A stretch of 29,799 nt of DNA from a virus (Duplodnaviria > Caudoviricetes), in the IMG/VR virus record IMGVR_UViG_3300024518_001512, positions 1-29,799 of that record; one strand, written 5' to 3'. Within the stretch, counting starts at the first letter, position 1; each line of letters begins with the position of its first letter. The position numbers and the translations under genes are program-made. Of this stretch, positions 9,334 through 18,585 are shown in pieces. The notes below the pieces were generated by a model. That model saw only the letters and a program-made list of their open reading frames with translations, was not told where the DNA came from and did not search any database.

Positions 9334-11550
9334 TTAACCCTCGGCTGCAGTTCGATCAAGGATAGATGCGGTCGTAGCAATGGCGATTTCCTTCACCTCG
9401 TAGTTCGACGACACCCTGAAGAACATCTCATCGTAAAGCTCGCACTTCGGCAACCGCTGTTTCCGGTCGTCGCCTATCTTCACCTCGCTCACCTTCCGGC
9501 CGCGCCCGTTGAACATCTCCAGCAGGACCGGGTACCCAGTTGCGCGAATCCTGGTAAACGAATGGCGGGTAAGCCGGGGCATGGTGAAGATCTTGGAGGT
9601 CCAGGACATCACCGCTTGGCCCCTGATCGTAGGAAGCTCTGTGAACGTCGTAACGGCCGCTACGCCGCGCTGAAGGTCCATGCGCCAGTTCGTGCTACCT
9701 ACGCCGGTCAGGTAGATCACGCCGTCGTTGACGTAGGCTTTCATGATACTCGGAAGACTGTCATTCCACTCGTTCTTCGAGAACCATTCGCTTGAGACGT
9801 TTCGAACGCCGCCTTCGGATACCTGCATGAGGCCATCAGCAGAGACGTAGAACATGGATGCGTCAACCTTGCACAAGCTCAGAACGTTCAGGAGCGGCCG
9901 CGCATCGGTAAGCTCATCGCTACTCGTCTGATCGCGGAACCCTCCGACTCGGTAAATGTAGGCCGGGATATTGTTGGCTTCGTCGCCCTCGGTGAATACG
10001 ATGATCGATCGCCCTACGATGGGATTTGCCATGATAGTGCTCAGGTACTCGATTGTGTACTCTTCGGGGTATACCCAAGTCCTTTCAATGTCGGACAAGT
10101 ACAGCACCTTGCCGTCGCTGATGACGCTGAAGTTGTTCGGATGCACCGCCGACCTGGCCAAAGCATCTTCGACCGTCGCATTGGGGAAGTTCCCGAAAGG
10201 AGGAAGAGTCTCGCCAGTACCGATGAAGTTGGTGTCGTAGTAGACATCAAGCGCAGACTCATCCAGTAAACGAGGATCAACCGAAGTATCTTCCGTTCGG
10301 TATAGGCGACGCATGAAGTAGCTGACATCACTCCGCACACACGCCATGAAGACGCCTTCGCCGGGCATGAGCTGGATTCTGTCTGAAAGGTCGCTTGGCG
10401 GGCCTTCCTTGCCGACTATGTTCGGGTCAAGTACAATCGCGTCAGTGTCCGGATTGTAAACGTCGGCGATCGTTGATAATCCGGAGAAGAGCCATGAATT
10501 GGTTATCGGGTCGTATGTCTTCGAAGTGTAGTCGATGATTCCCAAGCCGTTGTTGATTCCATCAAGAACAAGCTTCCCGAAGTCGGCCGGAACCTTCTCG
10601 TCGTCGCCATAGATCGGGTCTTTGATTGTCAACTCAGTCGTGCCAATACTTACGATGGACTGCAAACTTCCCTCGACGACACGTTGATCGACGTTGCTCA
10701 TTGCATAGTTGTAATACTTCCGCCGAGGCTGAACGTAGTTGCAGCTGAATCGGAAGTTGACGTACTGCTCACCATGGAGCGTATACGCGATCGACGAAGC
10801 ACCGCCGAAATCGTCAGAGTTGAAATACAGCGTCCGTGGGATAGTCGGGCCGTTCACGTCCTCAAGGGTTAAGGTGCCGTAGACGTAGCGGTCTGTTGAC
10901 GGGCCTGCCGGGTAGCTCCCATACTCTGATGGGAATGGTGTAAGCAGCGGGACGGCCAAGTACGGAATTGCAGGGTCGTGGGCTGATGAAGCTGCCGGAG
11001 CAACGCCCACTGCTTCAGGGCCACCGCGAAATGCAGTATCGGCGTCATACAAGACGACGTAGTTGGGGCCATACAGGGTGTAAAGCGTGTCCGTGTAAAA
11101 ATTCTCCCAGACCCAAGGTAGGATTGTCTTGACGATAAAACCGTCGTCAGTGTATTCAACGCTCTTGGCAAGCGCCCCATCAAAGGCGATGTTGTATTCC
11201 TGATATACGCCATACTGATCCACATAACTGGCCCAGATGCGACTATTCATCCCAAGCCAGTCAGCAACGTAAACGTCAGGGGTAATCGGATCGCAGATGC
11301 GGAACCGGCTGAGCTCGTAAGGGGCGTCGGGCTTCGTAATGCTCCTGATATCCTCACGGGGTAGCCCAGGCTTCAGGAGGAGGGTATCGGTCGAGTGCAT
11401 TGCCGTAAAGTCAGCCGTGACTTTGGAGGGCTGAAGTTTGCCGGCGCGTAGGTCGACATTGTTGGCGATCTGGGCGGCGTTATCTGGCAGATTCCGAGGA
11501 TCATTGATCGACGGAACCATTCCGGCAAAGTTGTCGAGGCGAATATCCAT
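9334..11550 (-). CDS. Tail nozzle / tail tubular protein B (P22 gp10 / T7 gp12-like beta-propeller)
   Basis: 738 aa. N-terminus IRLDNFAGMVP...LPDNAAQIANNVDLRAGKLQP and C-terminal WTSKIF motif are typical of podovirus nozzle/stabilisation proteins. Confidence 0.8.
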   Translation of the reverse strand: MDIRLDNFAGMVPSINDPRNLPDNAAQIANNVDLRAGKLQPSKVTADFTAMHSTDTLLLKPGLPREDIRSITKPDAPYELSRFRICDPITPDVYVADWLGMNSRIWASYVDQYGVYQEYNIAFDGALAKSVEYTDDGFIVKTILPWVWENFYTDTLYTLYGPNYVVLYDADTAFRGGPEAVGVAPAASSAHDPAIPYLAVPLLTPFPSEYGSYPAGPSTDRYVYGTLTLEDVNGPTIPRTLYFNSDDFGGASSIAYTLHGEQYVNFRFSCNYVQPRRKYYNYAMSNVDQRVVEGSLQSIVSIGTTELTIKDPIYGDDEKVPADFGKLVLDGINNGLGIIDYTSKTYDPITNSWLFSGLSTIADVYNPDTDAIVLDPNIVGKEGPPSDLSDRIQLMPGEGVFMACVRSDVSYFMRRLYRTEDTSVDPRLLDESALDVYYDTNFIGTGETLPPFGNFPNATVEDALARSAVHPNNFSVISDGKVLYLSDIERTWVYPEEYTIEYLSTIMANPIVGRSIIVFTEGDEANNIPAYIYRVGGFRDQTSSDELTDARPLLNVLSLCKVDASMFYVSADGLMQVSEGGVRNVSSEWFSKNEWNDSLPSIMKAYVNDGVIYLTGVGSTNWRMDLQRGVAAVTTFTELPTIRGQAVMSWTSKIFTMPRLTRHSFTRIRATGYPVLLEMFNGRGRKVSEVKIGDDRKQRLPKCELYDEMFFRVSSNYEVKEIAIATTASILDRTAAEG

Positions 11551-11571
11551 TATGAAATCAACCTTTTATGG

Positions 11572-11916
11572 TTAAGGCTTTGGAGTCGGAGTGAACGCTA
11601 TAAGGTTCTCGATATAGAACGAGTCCTGATTGGCCCAAGGTTTACCATCAACGGTTGCTTCTGCGGTGAAGTATCGTATTTCCTTCTTCTGAGTATCGTC
11701 TTCGATATCCAAATCCGTACCAGTCAAGACGACAGTTTGAGAAGCGACAGGATTGGCCGGGGTATTAGTCAGAACAAAGTCGCCGTCTTTGTTCTGGAGC
11801 GTGTAAGTCACGAGAGTAACTAAGGAGTCATCGACAACTAATCCGGTCTCTTCGTCTACGATCTCGATCTTGATCCCATATGACTGATTCTGCTTTGCGT
11901 CTTGTAGTAGTGGCAT
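11572..11916 (-). CDS. Small beta-rich (Ig-like) putative virion protein
   Basis: 114-aa ORF with GGAG RBS and an alternating beta-strand pattern, in the tail module. Confidence 0.5.
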   Translation of the reverse strand: MPLLQDAKQNQSYGIKIEIVDEETGLVVDDSLVTLVTYTLQNKDGDFVLTNTPANPVASQTVVLTGTDLDIEDDTQKKEIRYFTAEATVDGKPWANQDSFYIENLIAFTPTPKP

Positions 11917-11928
11917 GATTACTCCGGA

Positions 11929-12588
11929 TCATTTAGTTTTAAGGCTTGTGACCTGATCTTTGTGATTCCTCTTCAGGCTCTTCAACTTCGAGCGCTTCAC
12001 CGCCTTCTTGGTCGTCTCACTCTGGATCTTCAAAACCTTGTTCTTCATGGCGTCGTTCCAGTCACCATCTTTCATGTGCTCACCGGCATCAACAACCTCG
12101 TCGATCACCTTGCGAAGCTTGCCGGAATGGAACGCCAGGTAAATGGCCCCACCGAGCATACAGACGAAACCGGCGCCGAATACCCACATGATGTAATCGA
12201 AGAAGTACGCGGCCCCACTGGCGATGAACGAAGTGAAGGCCGAGGCGATAGCTATCGGGATACCTGCGTCAAAGTGCCAGTAGATCGCAGCGAAGACACA
12301 TGCCGGGATAGCGATGAATGCCACGCCAGCCACCGCAAGCAGGAACCATATCATCCACTGACGGGCAATCGTCTTTGACGGCGTAGGGGGCTTTACTGTG
12401 GCGTTGATGACCTCTTCACCGTAAATGCCACCAACTCGGTATCCAAACGGCAACGGTAGCCCTGGAACCTTCGAGTTGAACACCTTCTTCGTGGGCTTGT
12501 CGGCCAAGGTGCTGGGGCGGGTGATCTCTTCGCCAGCGAAACAGCCGACGAAGAGGAGAAGCATCATTGCCATCAGTAGGATTTTCAT
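11929..12588 (-). CDS. Lipoprotein with three transmembrane helices; candidate lysis (spanin/holin-like) protein
   Basis: Signal peptide MKILLMAMMLLLFVGC ends in a lipobox-like FVGC. It is followed by a Pro-rich ~60-aa linker, three hydrophobic helices and a basic C-terminal tail. Confidence 0.6.
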   Translation of the reverse strand: MKILLMAMMLLLFVGCFAGEEITRPSTLADKPTKKVFNSKVPGLPLPFGYRVGGIYGEEVINATVKPPTPSKTIARQWMIWFLLAVAGVAFIAIPACVFAAIYWHFDAGIPIAIASAFTSFIASGAAYFFDYIMWVFGAGFVCMLGGAIYLAFHSGKLRKVIDEVVDAGEHMKDGDWNDAMKNKVLKIQSETTKKAVKRSKLKSLKRNHKDQVTSLKTK

Positions 12589-12905
12589 TACATGATATCC
12601 GATTCGTCGAATTCGGAATCAGCGAGTTCAGTGATCTTCTTGGCTCCCTCACGGATCAAGGCACGAATGCCAAGGCGAAGGCCGGCGCGCTCTTCCTGCG
12701 TCATCCCAGCCACGATGTCAGCCTTGCTCAGCCCCGGCTTGTAGGTGTTGACAACATCACCACCGCCAGCGATGCGCTCTTCGAACGTCAGCCACGTATG
12801 CAGGCTTTCAAAGTTCTCCGAGTCGAGCCCTGTGATCTCGATCTGCGGTACGGAAACTTCGCCATCTTTGATGGTCGCCGGGTATTTTCCTGGTATTCTG
12901 TGCAT
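12588..12905 (-). CDS. Hypothetical 105-aa protein, possible tail fibre assembly factor
   Basis: Start reassigned to ATG 12905 (AAGGAGG-cagaa-ATG just after the fibre stop), giving MHRIPGKYPATIKDG... Function is inferred from position only. Confidence 0.55.
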   Translation of the reverse strand: MHRIPGKYPATIKDGEVSVPQIEITGLDSENFESLHTWLTFEERIAGGGDVVNTYKPGLSKADIVAGMTQEERAGLRLGIRALIREGAKKITELADSEFDESDIM

Positions 12906-12915
12906 TTCTGCCTCC

Positions 12916-15900
12916 TTAGAGTTCTTTGACCATTGCCCACGAAAGGCCGAAACCGGTGATTTGGGTGATATTGCCAACGCCAGAAATACGGAACTCGATA
13001 TCAATGTCCGTTGCTGGAGTGACGACCCCCTTACCCATGATATTGTCGGGGATATTCGACGCTGACGAAGTAGCGTTGATACGATTTATGCTACATATAT
13101 CAGTCGATAAATATGCCGCATTAGTCACGTCGTATACTTGGATATCAAGAGCACCAGACGCGGAACTGAACAATGGCGACACCGCGAATTCAATCTCATA
13201 CTTAACGTCTCCTAAGAGCGTCACGCGGTATGTTCCCGAGGCAAATCCGATTGTGCCGTCGCGCTGGTCGAACTGAACGGGATCACCCGATGTTAAATCA
13301 GTTGTCTGGCTTCCGCTCATTGTCAGATACGCGTGTGCCTTCGTACCTCCACCGCCACCAGCAGCCCACTTCATCCCTGTAGCTTGAGTGCTGTCAGCGG
13401 TCAAGACGTAATCATTTGTCCCAATCGGCAAACGCGCGTCAACAGTGGAATAGGTGAACAAGTCGCCCTTAGTCGTCAGCGGCGATCCGCCAGCGTTGTC
13501 GTCAACGTACTTCTTATTGGCAACCTGGTAATCCGTCGTAGGAGCGGCTGACGGAGTTGTCGGGAACACGGTGAACGTTGCACCAGCGAACTGAGGAGTT
13601 GCCGCAATCGTAACCGCCTGATCCAGATAACTGTGATCCGCACCGGTACTGCTTACGTGAGTAAACGCCGCATCCCAGTTGGTCAGCTTGGCCGTAGGCA
13701 TTAGGCCATTTTGACTATTGGTCGCGTCTCTGGTGGCCGCGGTGTGCTGGGCGCTCGTGAGGTGGAAGTACTCAGCCGTAGTGCCGCCCTGCAGGCTCGT
13801 CAAGTCATTGTGAACGCCGCTGAAGATTGAATCATCGACATACTTCTTGTTCGCTACCTGATAGTCGGTAGTCGGAGCCTGGCTTGGCGTAACCGGGAAT
13901 GCGGTGAAGGTTCCGCCGGCAAACTGCGGCGCTGCAGTAGTCCTGACGTCCTGGTCGATATACGTGTGATCGGTCCCGTCAGAGCTGACATGGGTTGAAG
14001 CCGCATCCCAATTCGTGAGCTTGCCTGTCGGCATCAAACCGTTCACGCTATTCGTTGCGTCACGAGTCGCAGCGGTATGTTCCGCCGAAGTCATGTGGTA
14101 ATATTCAGCGGCCGTGCCGCCTTGGAGTCCAGTCAGATCGTTGTGAACACTAGTCCCACCACCGCCTGTTGACGTACCGCCAGCAATCAGCCACTTCGAA
14201 ATGCCAGAGTCGTAGGTCAGCGCAATCCACTTGTCGAGGCTGTCCATGACAACATCAGAACCACCAAGTTCCATGTTGCCCGTGCCGTGCTTCAGTGTGA
14301 CAACCCTGGCAGCACTAACCGGCCGGACGTAGATCACGCCGGAATATCCGGTAGCGATAATCGAATTCAAATCGTCAGCAGCGTCATCATTTTCGGTGTC
14401 GATCAAGTGAAGGGCTTGCGTGGAAGTAACATTGCCTCCGCTGATGGTCAACTCGGACGGTGCCGTGAATTCGATACCAGGAGAAGCAAGCGAACCGTCG
14501 ATAACCACGTCAGAAGTCAGTGTAAGCGACGTAGAGGCCGAAATGATACTATCTGCGGCCCCAGTCATGGTAGAGGCATTAATTGACCATGAGGACTCCG
14601 AGAGTACTCCGGCCGAAGCGCCGACAACGGGGATCTGATATTGATTAGTCAGCCCGACAAGGCCAACGTGCTGCGCGGAGGTGAGGTGGTAGTACTCGTT
14701 TGTATCTCCACCTTGCAGCCCGGTAAGGCTGTTGTGGTCGGAGTTTACCAGGGAATCGGCATACGCCTTCGTTGCTACGTCTTGGGCTAAGGTCGGGTCA
14801 GTGACGTTCGAAATCTGCCCGCCGGTCGGCGCGGCCATGTTCGTCCCGTTAATCAACCATGCAGTTGATCCGAGAGCGCCAAGGCCGTCGTCTGCAATGA
14901 TACCGTAGCTTGTCCCAGATGCGCTGATCGCCTCTACCGGGTGAGAGTTCGCAGCATCGCGGTCTGAAAGGGAATTGTGAGAGCTCGCAGTGAATCCGCT
15001 ACCACCGGGGATGGCATCATTGCGCCAATCGACGTAATCACCATCAAGGGAAGGTCGGACGCGAGCATCAACGGCATTGCCATAACTTCCAGTTTGGAAG
15101 ATGACTGATGCAATGGGCCGGACTTCGGCAAACGGAAGTTTGACAGCAAGATTCCCCATCTCAACCGTTGCGCCTTCTTTGGCTGCTGTTGCCGTAGCGT
15201 AGACATCTTGGCCGACTGCGGCGTAAACCTTGTCACCAACGCCGCCGGACCCTAACGCGAAGACATGGCAAAGAACGTAGTCATTGACCGGAACAGTAGT
15301 CAACTGCCATACTGTGCCTGTCCACTCATTATAAACGAGTCGGCCGGTTACTCCGACGCCAGCGGTAGTGTCAGTCACGACGGAGAATCCGGTCTGTTCG
15401 ATCTCGCGAACGTACTCCATCGCTCCATCAAGGTAGAGGATAGGAAGCCCGGCAGTGCTCGTTACTGCGGAGATAGCGAAGCGAAGGTCTTCATCGGTAA
15501 TAACGCCACTGTCAACGCTAAACTGAGCGTCTGCTGCTACGCTACCGTCACCGGCAACGACGAGAGAACCGATGGCCAGTCCGGCGCCCAAAACCTGAGA
15601 ACCGAGCGTATTGTGGAAATGGAAGTGAGTCGCGCCATCCATCTGTAGCCCGTGAGTCTCCGTCAATGGGCCGCTGAGGATCGTTCTGCTATTATCCGCA
15701 TCCCAGTAGAGATAGGCGATAAACACCCAAGGGCCGAGGACTACGCGGTCATCAAAGCTCGTTGAATGGACCATAGTTCCAGTTTCGTCGAACCAGAAGA
15801 AGTGGTCGCCTTCAACGTCGGTCCATGCGATAGTATGATCGCCAGGAGCCTGAATGAGGAGGTTATTCACCGAATAGACAGGGAATCCATTAGTGCTGGT

Positions 15901-17103
15901 GATAGTCAGCTCAAGAGCAACGTCGTCTATACTGAGAGATACTGGAGATTCAGCGAGATCAACCGCAACGCCGTCTTTCAGGACGAATCCAGTGCGTTCG
16001 AGTGCGCTATCGCCTGATTGGGTGTGGCCGACCCATGAAAGATCCTGAACTTTCACGTCGATGATACCGGTTGTAGCGTGGGCCGTAACGACCTTGCCTA
16101 TGCGGATCTGGCTGGAAGGTAGGAGAGGCTTGACGTTGGTTAGCTCTCCGAGAGTTTCTGAAAGCCATAGATCGTCGCCTACTGCCCATACTTCACCTTC
16201 GCTCGTGCCAGTAGTGTCGATGTCCCTTGAACGGCCGCGACTGGTAATAATGCCGTCAGACCCAGAAGCGAACGTATGCGTTGCGATACCGATAGCACCG
16301 CGACGGTTAACGTTGGCGCCAGTTGCATTGGCTTGGGCTAGGAAGCATTCTTGGAGAGTTGCAGTGACCTCACCGTTAAGGGCGACAGGTTGACCGTTGT
16401 TGACGTCGGCGCCAGTGAGGTTGTAGACGCGATTCCAGTCCTCATAACCTACTGAGTTGGCTGATGCCTTGTCAGACTGAACGAGGAGCGTGCTGAAATC
16501 ATTATCCCACTGGACCTGCCCCTCAACCGCTGCCGGGGGAGTTGCAAGGACATTCCAAATCAAATAATCAACGTCGGGGAGATGGCTACCACCACCGGCA
16601 TTATCGTCAACGTATTTCTTGTTAGCAACGTCGTAGTCGTTGACAGGGGAAGAGCTTGGAGTCAATGGGAACGCTGTAAACGTTGCCCCGGCGAATTGCG
16701 GGGTAGATGCAATGGTTACATCCTGGTCAATGAACGTATGATCTGCGCCGCTCATACTGACGTGCGAAAATGCAGCGTCCCAATTAGACATCTTACCGGC
16801 CGGCATCAGCCCGTTGATGGCGTTCGTCGCATCGCGCGTCGCTGACGTATGCTCAGCAGTAGTCATGTGATAGTACTGGCCTGAACTACCACCCTGAATC
16901 CCGGTCAAGTCGTTATGGACGGTGATTGACGTGTTGCCGAGCAACCAGTCAAGCGCGTCCTTTACCGTCGATCCAGATACCGAACTATCGTTCACTACTT
17001 GGGAAGCGGCCAACTGCGGGTCATTATTGCCAGTGATCGGATTAGGATCATCCAGCTCAACTTCTACATTCGCATTCGAAAGCTCAACGCGATACGTCGC
17101 CAT
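12916..17103 (-). CDS. Long tail fibre protein with internal repeats and a C-terminal C1q/TNF-like head
   Basis: 1395 aa, T/G/S/A/D-rich, with AAGGAG RBS. Repeated fibre motifs (VANKKYVDD, HNDLTGLQGG..YYH), TTKGDL...ARLPIGTNDYVLTADS..GMKWA before a poly-Gly hinge, and a ~135-aa beta-sandwich tip. Confidence 0.85.
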   Translation of the reverse strand: MATYRVELSNANVEVELDDPNPITGNNDPQLAASQVVNDSSVSGSTVKDALDWLLGNTSITVHNDLTGIQGGSSGQYYHMTTAEHTSATRDATNAINGLMPAGKMSNWDAAFSHVSMSGADHTFIDQDVTIASTPQFAGATFTAFPLTPSSSPVNDYDVANKKYVDDNAGGGSHLPDVDYLIWNVLATPPAAVEGQVQWDNDFSTLLVQSDKASANSVGYEDWNRVYNLTGADVNNGQPVALNGEVTATLQECFLAQANATGANVNRRGAIGIATHTFASGSDGIITSRGRSRDIDTTGTSEGEVWAVGDDLWLSETLGELTNVKPLLPSSQIRIGKVVTAHATTGIIDVKVQDLSWVGHTQSGDSALERTGFVLKDGVAVDLAESPVSLSIDDVALELTITSTNGFPVYSVNNLLIQAPGDHTIAWTDVEGDHFFWFDETGTMVHSTSFDDRVVLGPWVFIAYLYWDADNSRTILSGPLTETHGLQMDGATHFHFHNTLGSQVLGAGLAIGSLVVAGDGSVAADAQFSVDSGVITDEDLRFAISAVTSTAGLPILYLDGAMEYVREIEQTGFSVVTDTTAGVGVTGRLVYNEWTGTVWQLTTVPVNDYVLCHVFALGSGGVGDKVYAAVGQDVYATATAAKEGATVEMGNLAVKLPFAEVRPIASVIFQTGSYGNAVDARVRPSLDGDYVDWRNDAIPGGSGFTASSHNSLSDRDAANSHPVEAISASGTSYGIIADDGLGALGSTAWLINGTNMAAPTGGQISNVTDPTLAQDVATKAYADSLVNSDHNSLTGLQGGDTNEYYHLTSAQHVGLVGLTNQYQIPVVGASAGVLSESSWSINASTMTGAADSIISASTSLTLTSDVVIDGSLASPGIEFTAPSELTISGGNVTSTQALHLIDTENDDAADDLNSIIATGYSGVIYVRPVSAARVVTLKHGTGNMELGGSDVVMDSLDKWIALTYDSGISKWLIAGGTSTGGGGTSVHNDLTGLQGGTAAEYYHMTSAEHTAATRDATNSVNGLMPTGKLTNWDAASTHVSSDGTDHTYIDQDVRTTAAPQFAGGTFTAFPVTPSQAPTTDYQVANKKYVDDSIFSGVHNDLTSLQGGTTAEYFHLTSAQHTAATRDATNSQNGLMPTAKLTNWDAAFTHVSSTGADHSYLDQAVTIAATPQFAGATFTVFPTTPSAAPTTDYQVANKKYVDDNAGGSPLTTKGDLFTYSTVDARLPIGTNDYVLTADSTQATGMKWAAGGGGGTKAHAYLTMSGSQTTDLTSGDPVQFDQRDGTIGFASGTYRVTLLGDVKYEIEFAVSPLFSSASGALDIQVYDVTNAAYLSTDICSINRINATSSASNIPDNIMGKGVVTPATDIDIEFRISGVGNITQITGFGLSWAMVKEL
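13480..14145 (-). repeat. Two tandem ~333-nt (111-aa) repeat units in the tail fibre; a third copy at ~16585-16917 and a partial copy at ~14665-14785
   Basis: HNDLT.LQGG..EY.H.TSA.HTAATRDATNS.NGLMPT.KLTNWDAA..HVSS.G.DH...DQ.V...A.PQFAG.TFT.FP.TPS.APTTDYQVANKKYVDD recurs. The first His codons at 14145 and 13812 are exactly 333 nt apart. Confidence 0.9.
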
Positions 17104-17112
17104 GACTACTCC

Positions 17113-17646
17113 TTATTCGCCGTAAACGAGAAGCTTGGCAAACGGGCGGAGAAGGATCGGTGTAACCCCTTTCGGTGCGTCTTCCATCTTCACTTCGGGG
17201 AGGGTGTACTCCTCTTCGGCCTCAAGCTTAGCTTTCACTAGCTCCGTTTGGGCCTCCCGCGCTTCAACGGCTTCGTTGAATTTCTTCTTCAGTTTCTCAA
17301 AATCTGCTTCAAACTTGGCTTCATCTTCGAAGATGTACTTCGGCTGGGCCATTCCAGGCAAAAGGCGAGTGACGGCCGTACCGTCAGGATCCTTAATCGC
17401 GTGCTTCTCGCACAGCTCAACCCGCTTCGCGTCGAATTCCTGGTACTTGACCGAGAGCTCTTCACCGAGACTCTTGACGTCTCCGGAAGCGTTCATTGCC
17501 TTGGCGAACGCCGTAAGCTTCATGTCACAACCGATCAGGGTGATGATGAAGGACCACTCAACGCCGGGAAGGCTGGTGATCTGGTGGCTGTTACATGCGG
17601 TCAGTAGGTCTTTTACTTCTGTTCCGGTCAGTTTTACTGTCTTCAT
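17113..17646 (-). CDS. Helical protein resembling DUF1617-type tail-fibre-associated chaperones
   Basis: 177 aa, K/E-rich helices with the pattern RVELCEKHAIKDPDG...KFEADFEKL...LPEVKMED, immediately upstream of the fibre. AAGGAG RBS. Confidence 0.5.
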   Translation of the reverse strand: MKTVKLTGTEVKDLLTACNSHQITSLPGVEWSFIITLIGCDMKLTAFAKAMNASGDVKSLGEELSVKYQEFDAKRVELCEKHAIKDPDGTAVTRLLPGMAQPKYIFEDEAKFEADFEKLKKKFNEAVEAREAQTELVKAKLEAEEEYTLPEVKMEDAPKGVTPILLRPFAKLLVYGE

Positions 17647-17670
17647 TTCGTCATGCTCCTTTTGGGGCGT

Positions 17671-18018
17671 CTAGTTGCTGTTGATCTCTTGCTGATAGAG
17701 TTGGAGGCGATACGCGGCCTCCTCGCGATCCGCACGATCGTGACTGTCGTCCGAAAGCTTGTCGAAGGCCGAGTACTGAGCCAGGGCCTCAAGGAATTGG
17801 TCAGGCCATAGAAGTTCGTCAGTAAGGGCACTTGCTGGGGTATAGACGTATTGCGTCCCTGTGACGGTGATGTTCAACTCAGGCCGGGCATTTAATAGGT
17901 TACGCTGGGCGCGATTGAGAGAGGCAATCATCTCGTCGTCAGAGAAAATCGTAATCTGATTGTCATCGCTGAGGTATTTGCGGGTCTTCGTGACCACATC
18001 GCCTGCGAGCATTACCAT
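17671..18018 (-). CDS. Head-tail adaptor-like protein (DUF6682-like), short paralog
   Basis: GDVVTKTRKYLSD....FSDDEMIASLNRAQRNL...RPE and FLEALAQYSAF match the helical adaptor pattern. The true start may be the ATG at 18012. Confidence 0.65.
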   Translation of the reverse strand: MVMLAGDVVTKTRKYLSDDNQITIFSDDEMIASLNRAQRNLLNARPELNITVTGTQYVYTPASALTDELLWPDQFLEALAQYSAFDKLSDDSHDRADREEAAYRLQLYQQEINSN

Positions 18019-18314
18019 CTTGAAGCCACCTTGTTATCGTTTTTCTGCTTTGCCTCAACCTTTCTCATGACCTTTTCCCACCGGGATTCCATCTTGTCGA
18101 GCTGGCGCTGAAGTGAGGACATATGGATATTCATGTTGGCGAAGAGAGCGGCGACGATTATAGCCGTAAAGGCGCAAAGGATGATGAATTTGCCCTCAAG
18201 CTTACTGATCCTGTCTCGCAGGGGGGCAACCATCTTCTCTTTGATCGCGTTCAGTTTGTCGTAAATATCCTTGCGTCGTTTTTCGCAACGCTCTTCGCGC
18301 TCCTGCTCTGTCAT
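18012..18314 (-). CDS. Single-pass membrane protein with flanking coiled coils; holin-like candidate
   Basis: 100 aa with one TM segment (FIILCAFTAIIVAALFANM) preceded by RISKLEGK, an XhlA-like layout. Confidence 0.45.
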   Translation of the reverse strand: MTEQEREERCEKRRKDIYDKLNAIKEKMVAPLRDRISKLEGKFIILCAFTAIIVAALFANMNIHMSSLQRQLDKMESRWEKVMRKVEAKQKNDNKVASRW

Positions 18315-18321
18315 TTCAGCC

Positions 18322-18585
18322 TCATCTTTCTTGGATTTTAACTTGAAAGTTCCATGCGATTCCCATTACTTTCATGCAGTCCTTACGAGCGTCGTCCTGC
18401 TCGTCAAAACTCCTTGTCGTCGTAACCACGTCAGAACCCAGATAGAAGTTCCAACGCCACTTACCGTCGTCCAAGAATACAACGGCTTCGTGCTCACCCA
18501 AGCTCTTGCTCGCATCGACCGACACATTGGCCATGTCAACGTTCGCCATCGCCTTAATCTCTTCGTTTGTCCTTAGTTTCGTCAT
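18322..18585 (-). CDS. YegP/DUF1508-like small protein (87 aa)
   Basis: Start reassigned to ATG 18585 (TAATG overlap, GAGG upstream). VFLDDGKWRWNFY.GSDVVTTTRSFDEQDDARKDC resembles the DUF1508 pattern. Confidence 0.5.
   Translation of the reverse strand: MTKLRTNEEIKAMANVDMANVSVDASKSLGEHEAVVFLDDGKWRWNFYLGSDVVTTTRSFDEQDDARKDCMKVMGIAWNFQVKIQER

Noticed and set aside
12916-14145. Diversity-generating retroelement TR/VR pair in the fibre repeats
   Set aside because: Differences between copies are mostly synonymous and not adenine-specific, and no reverse transcriptase is present in the window.
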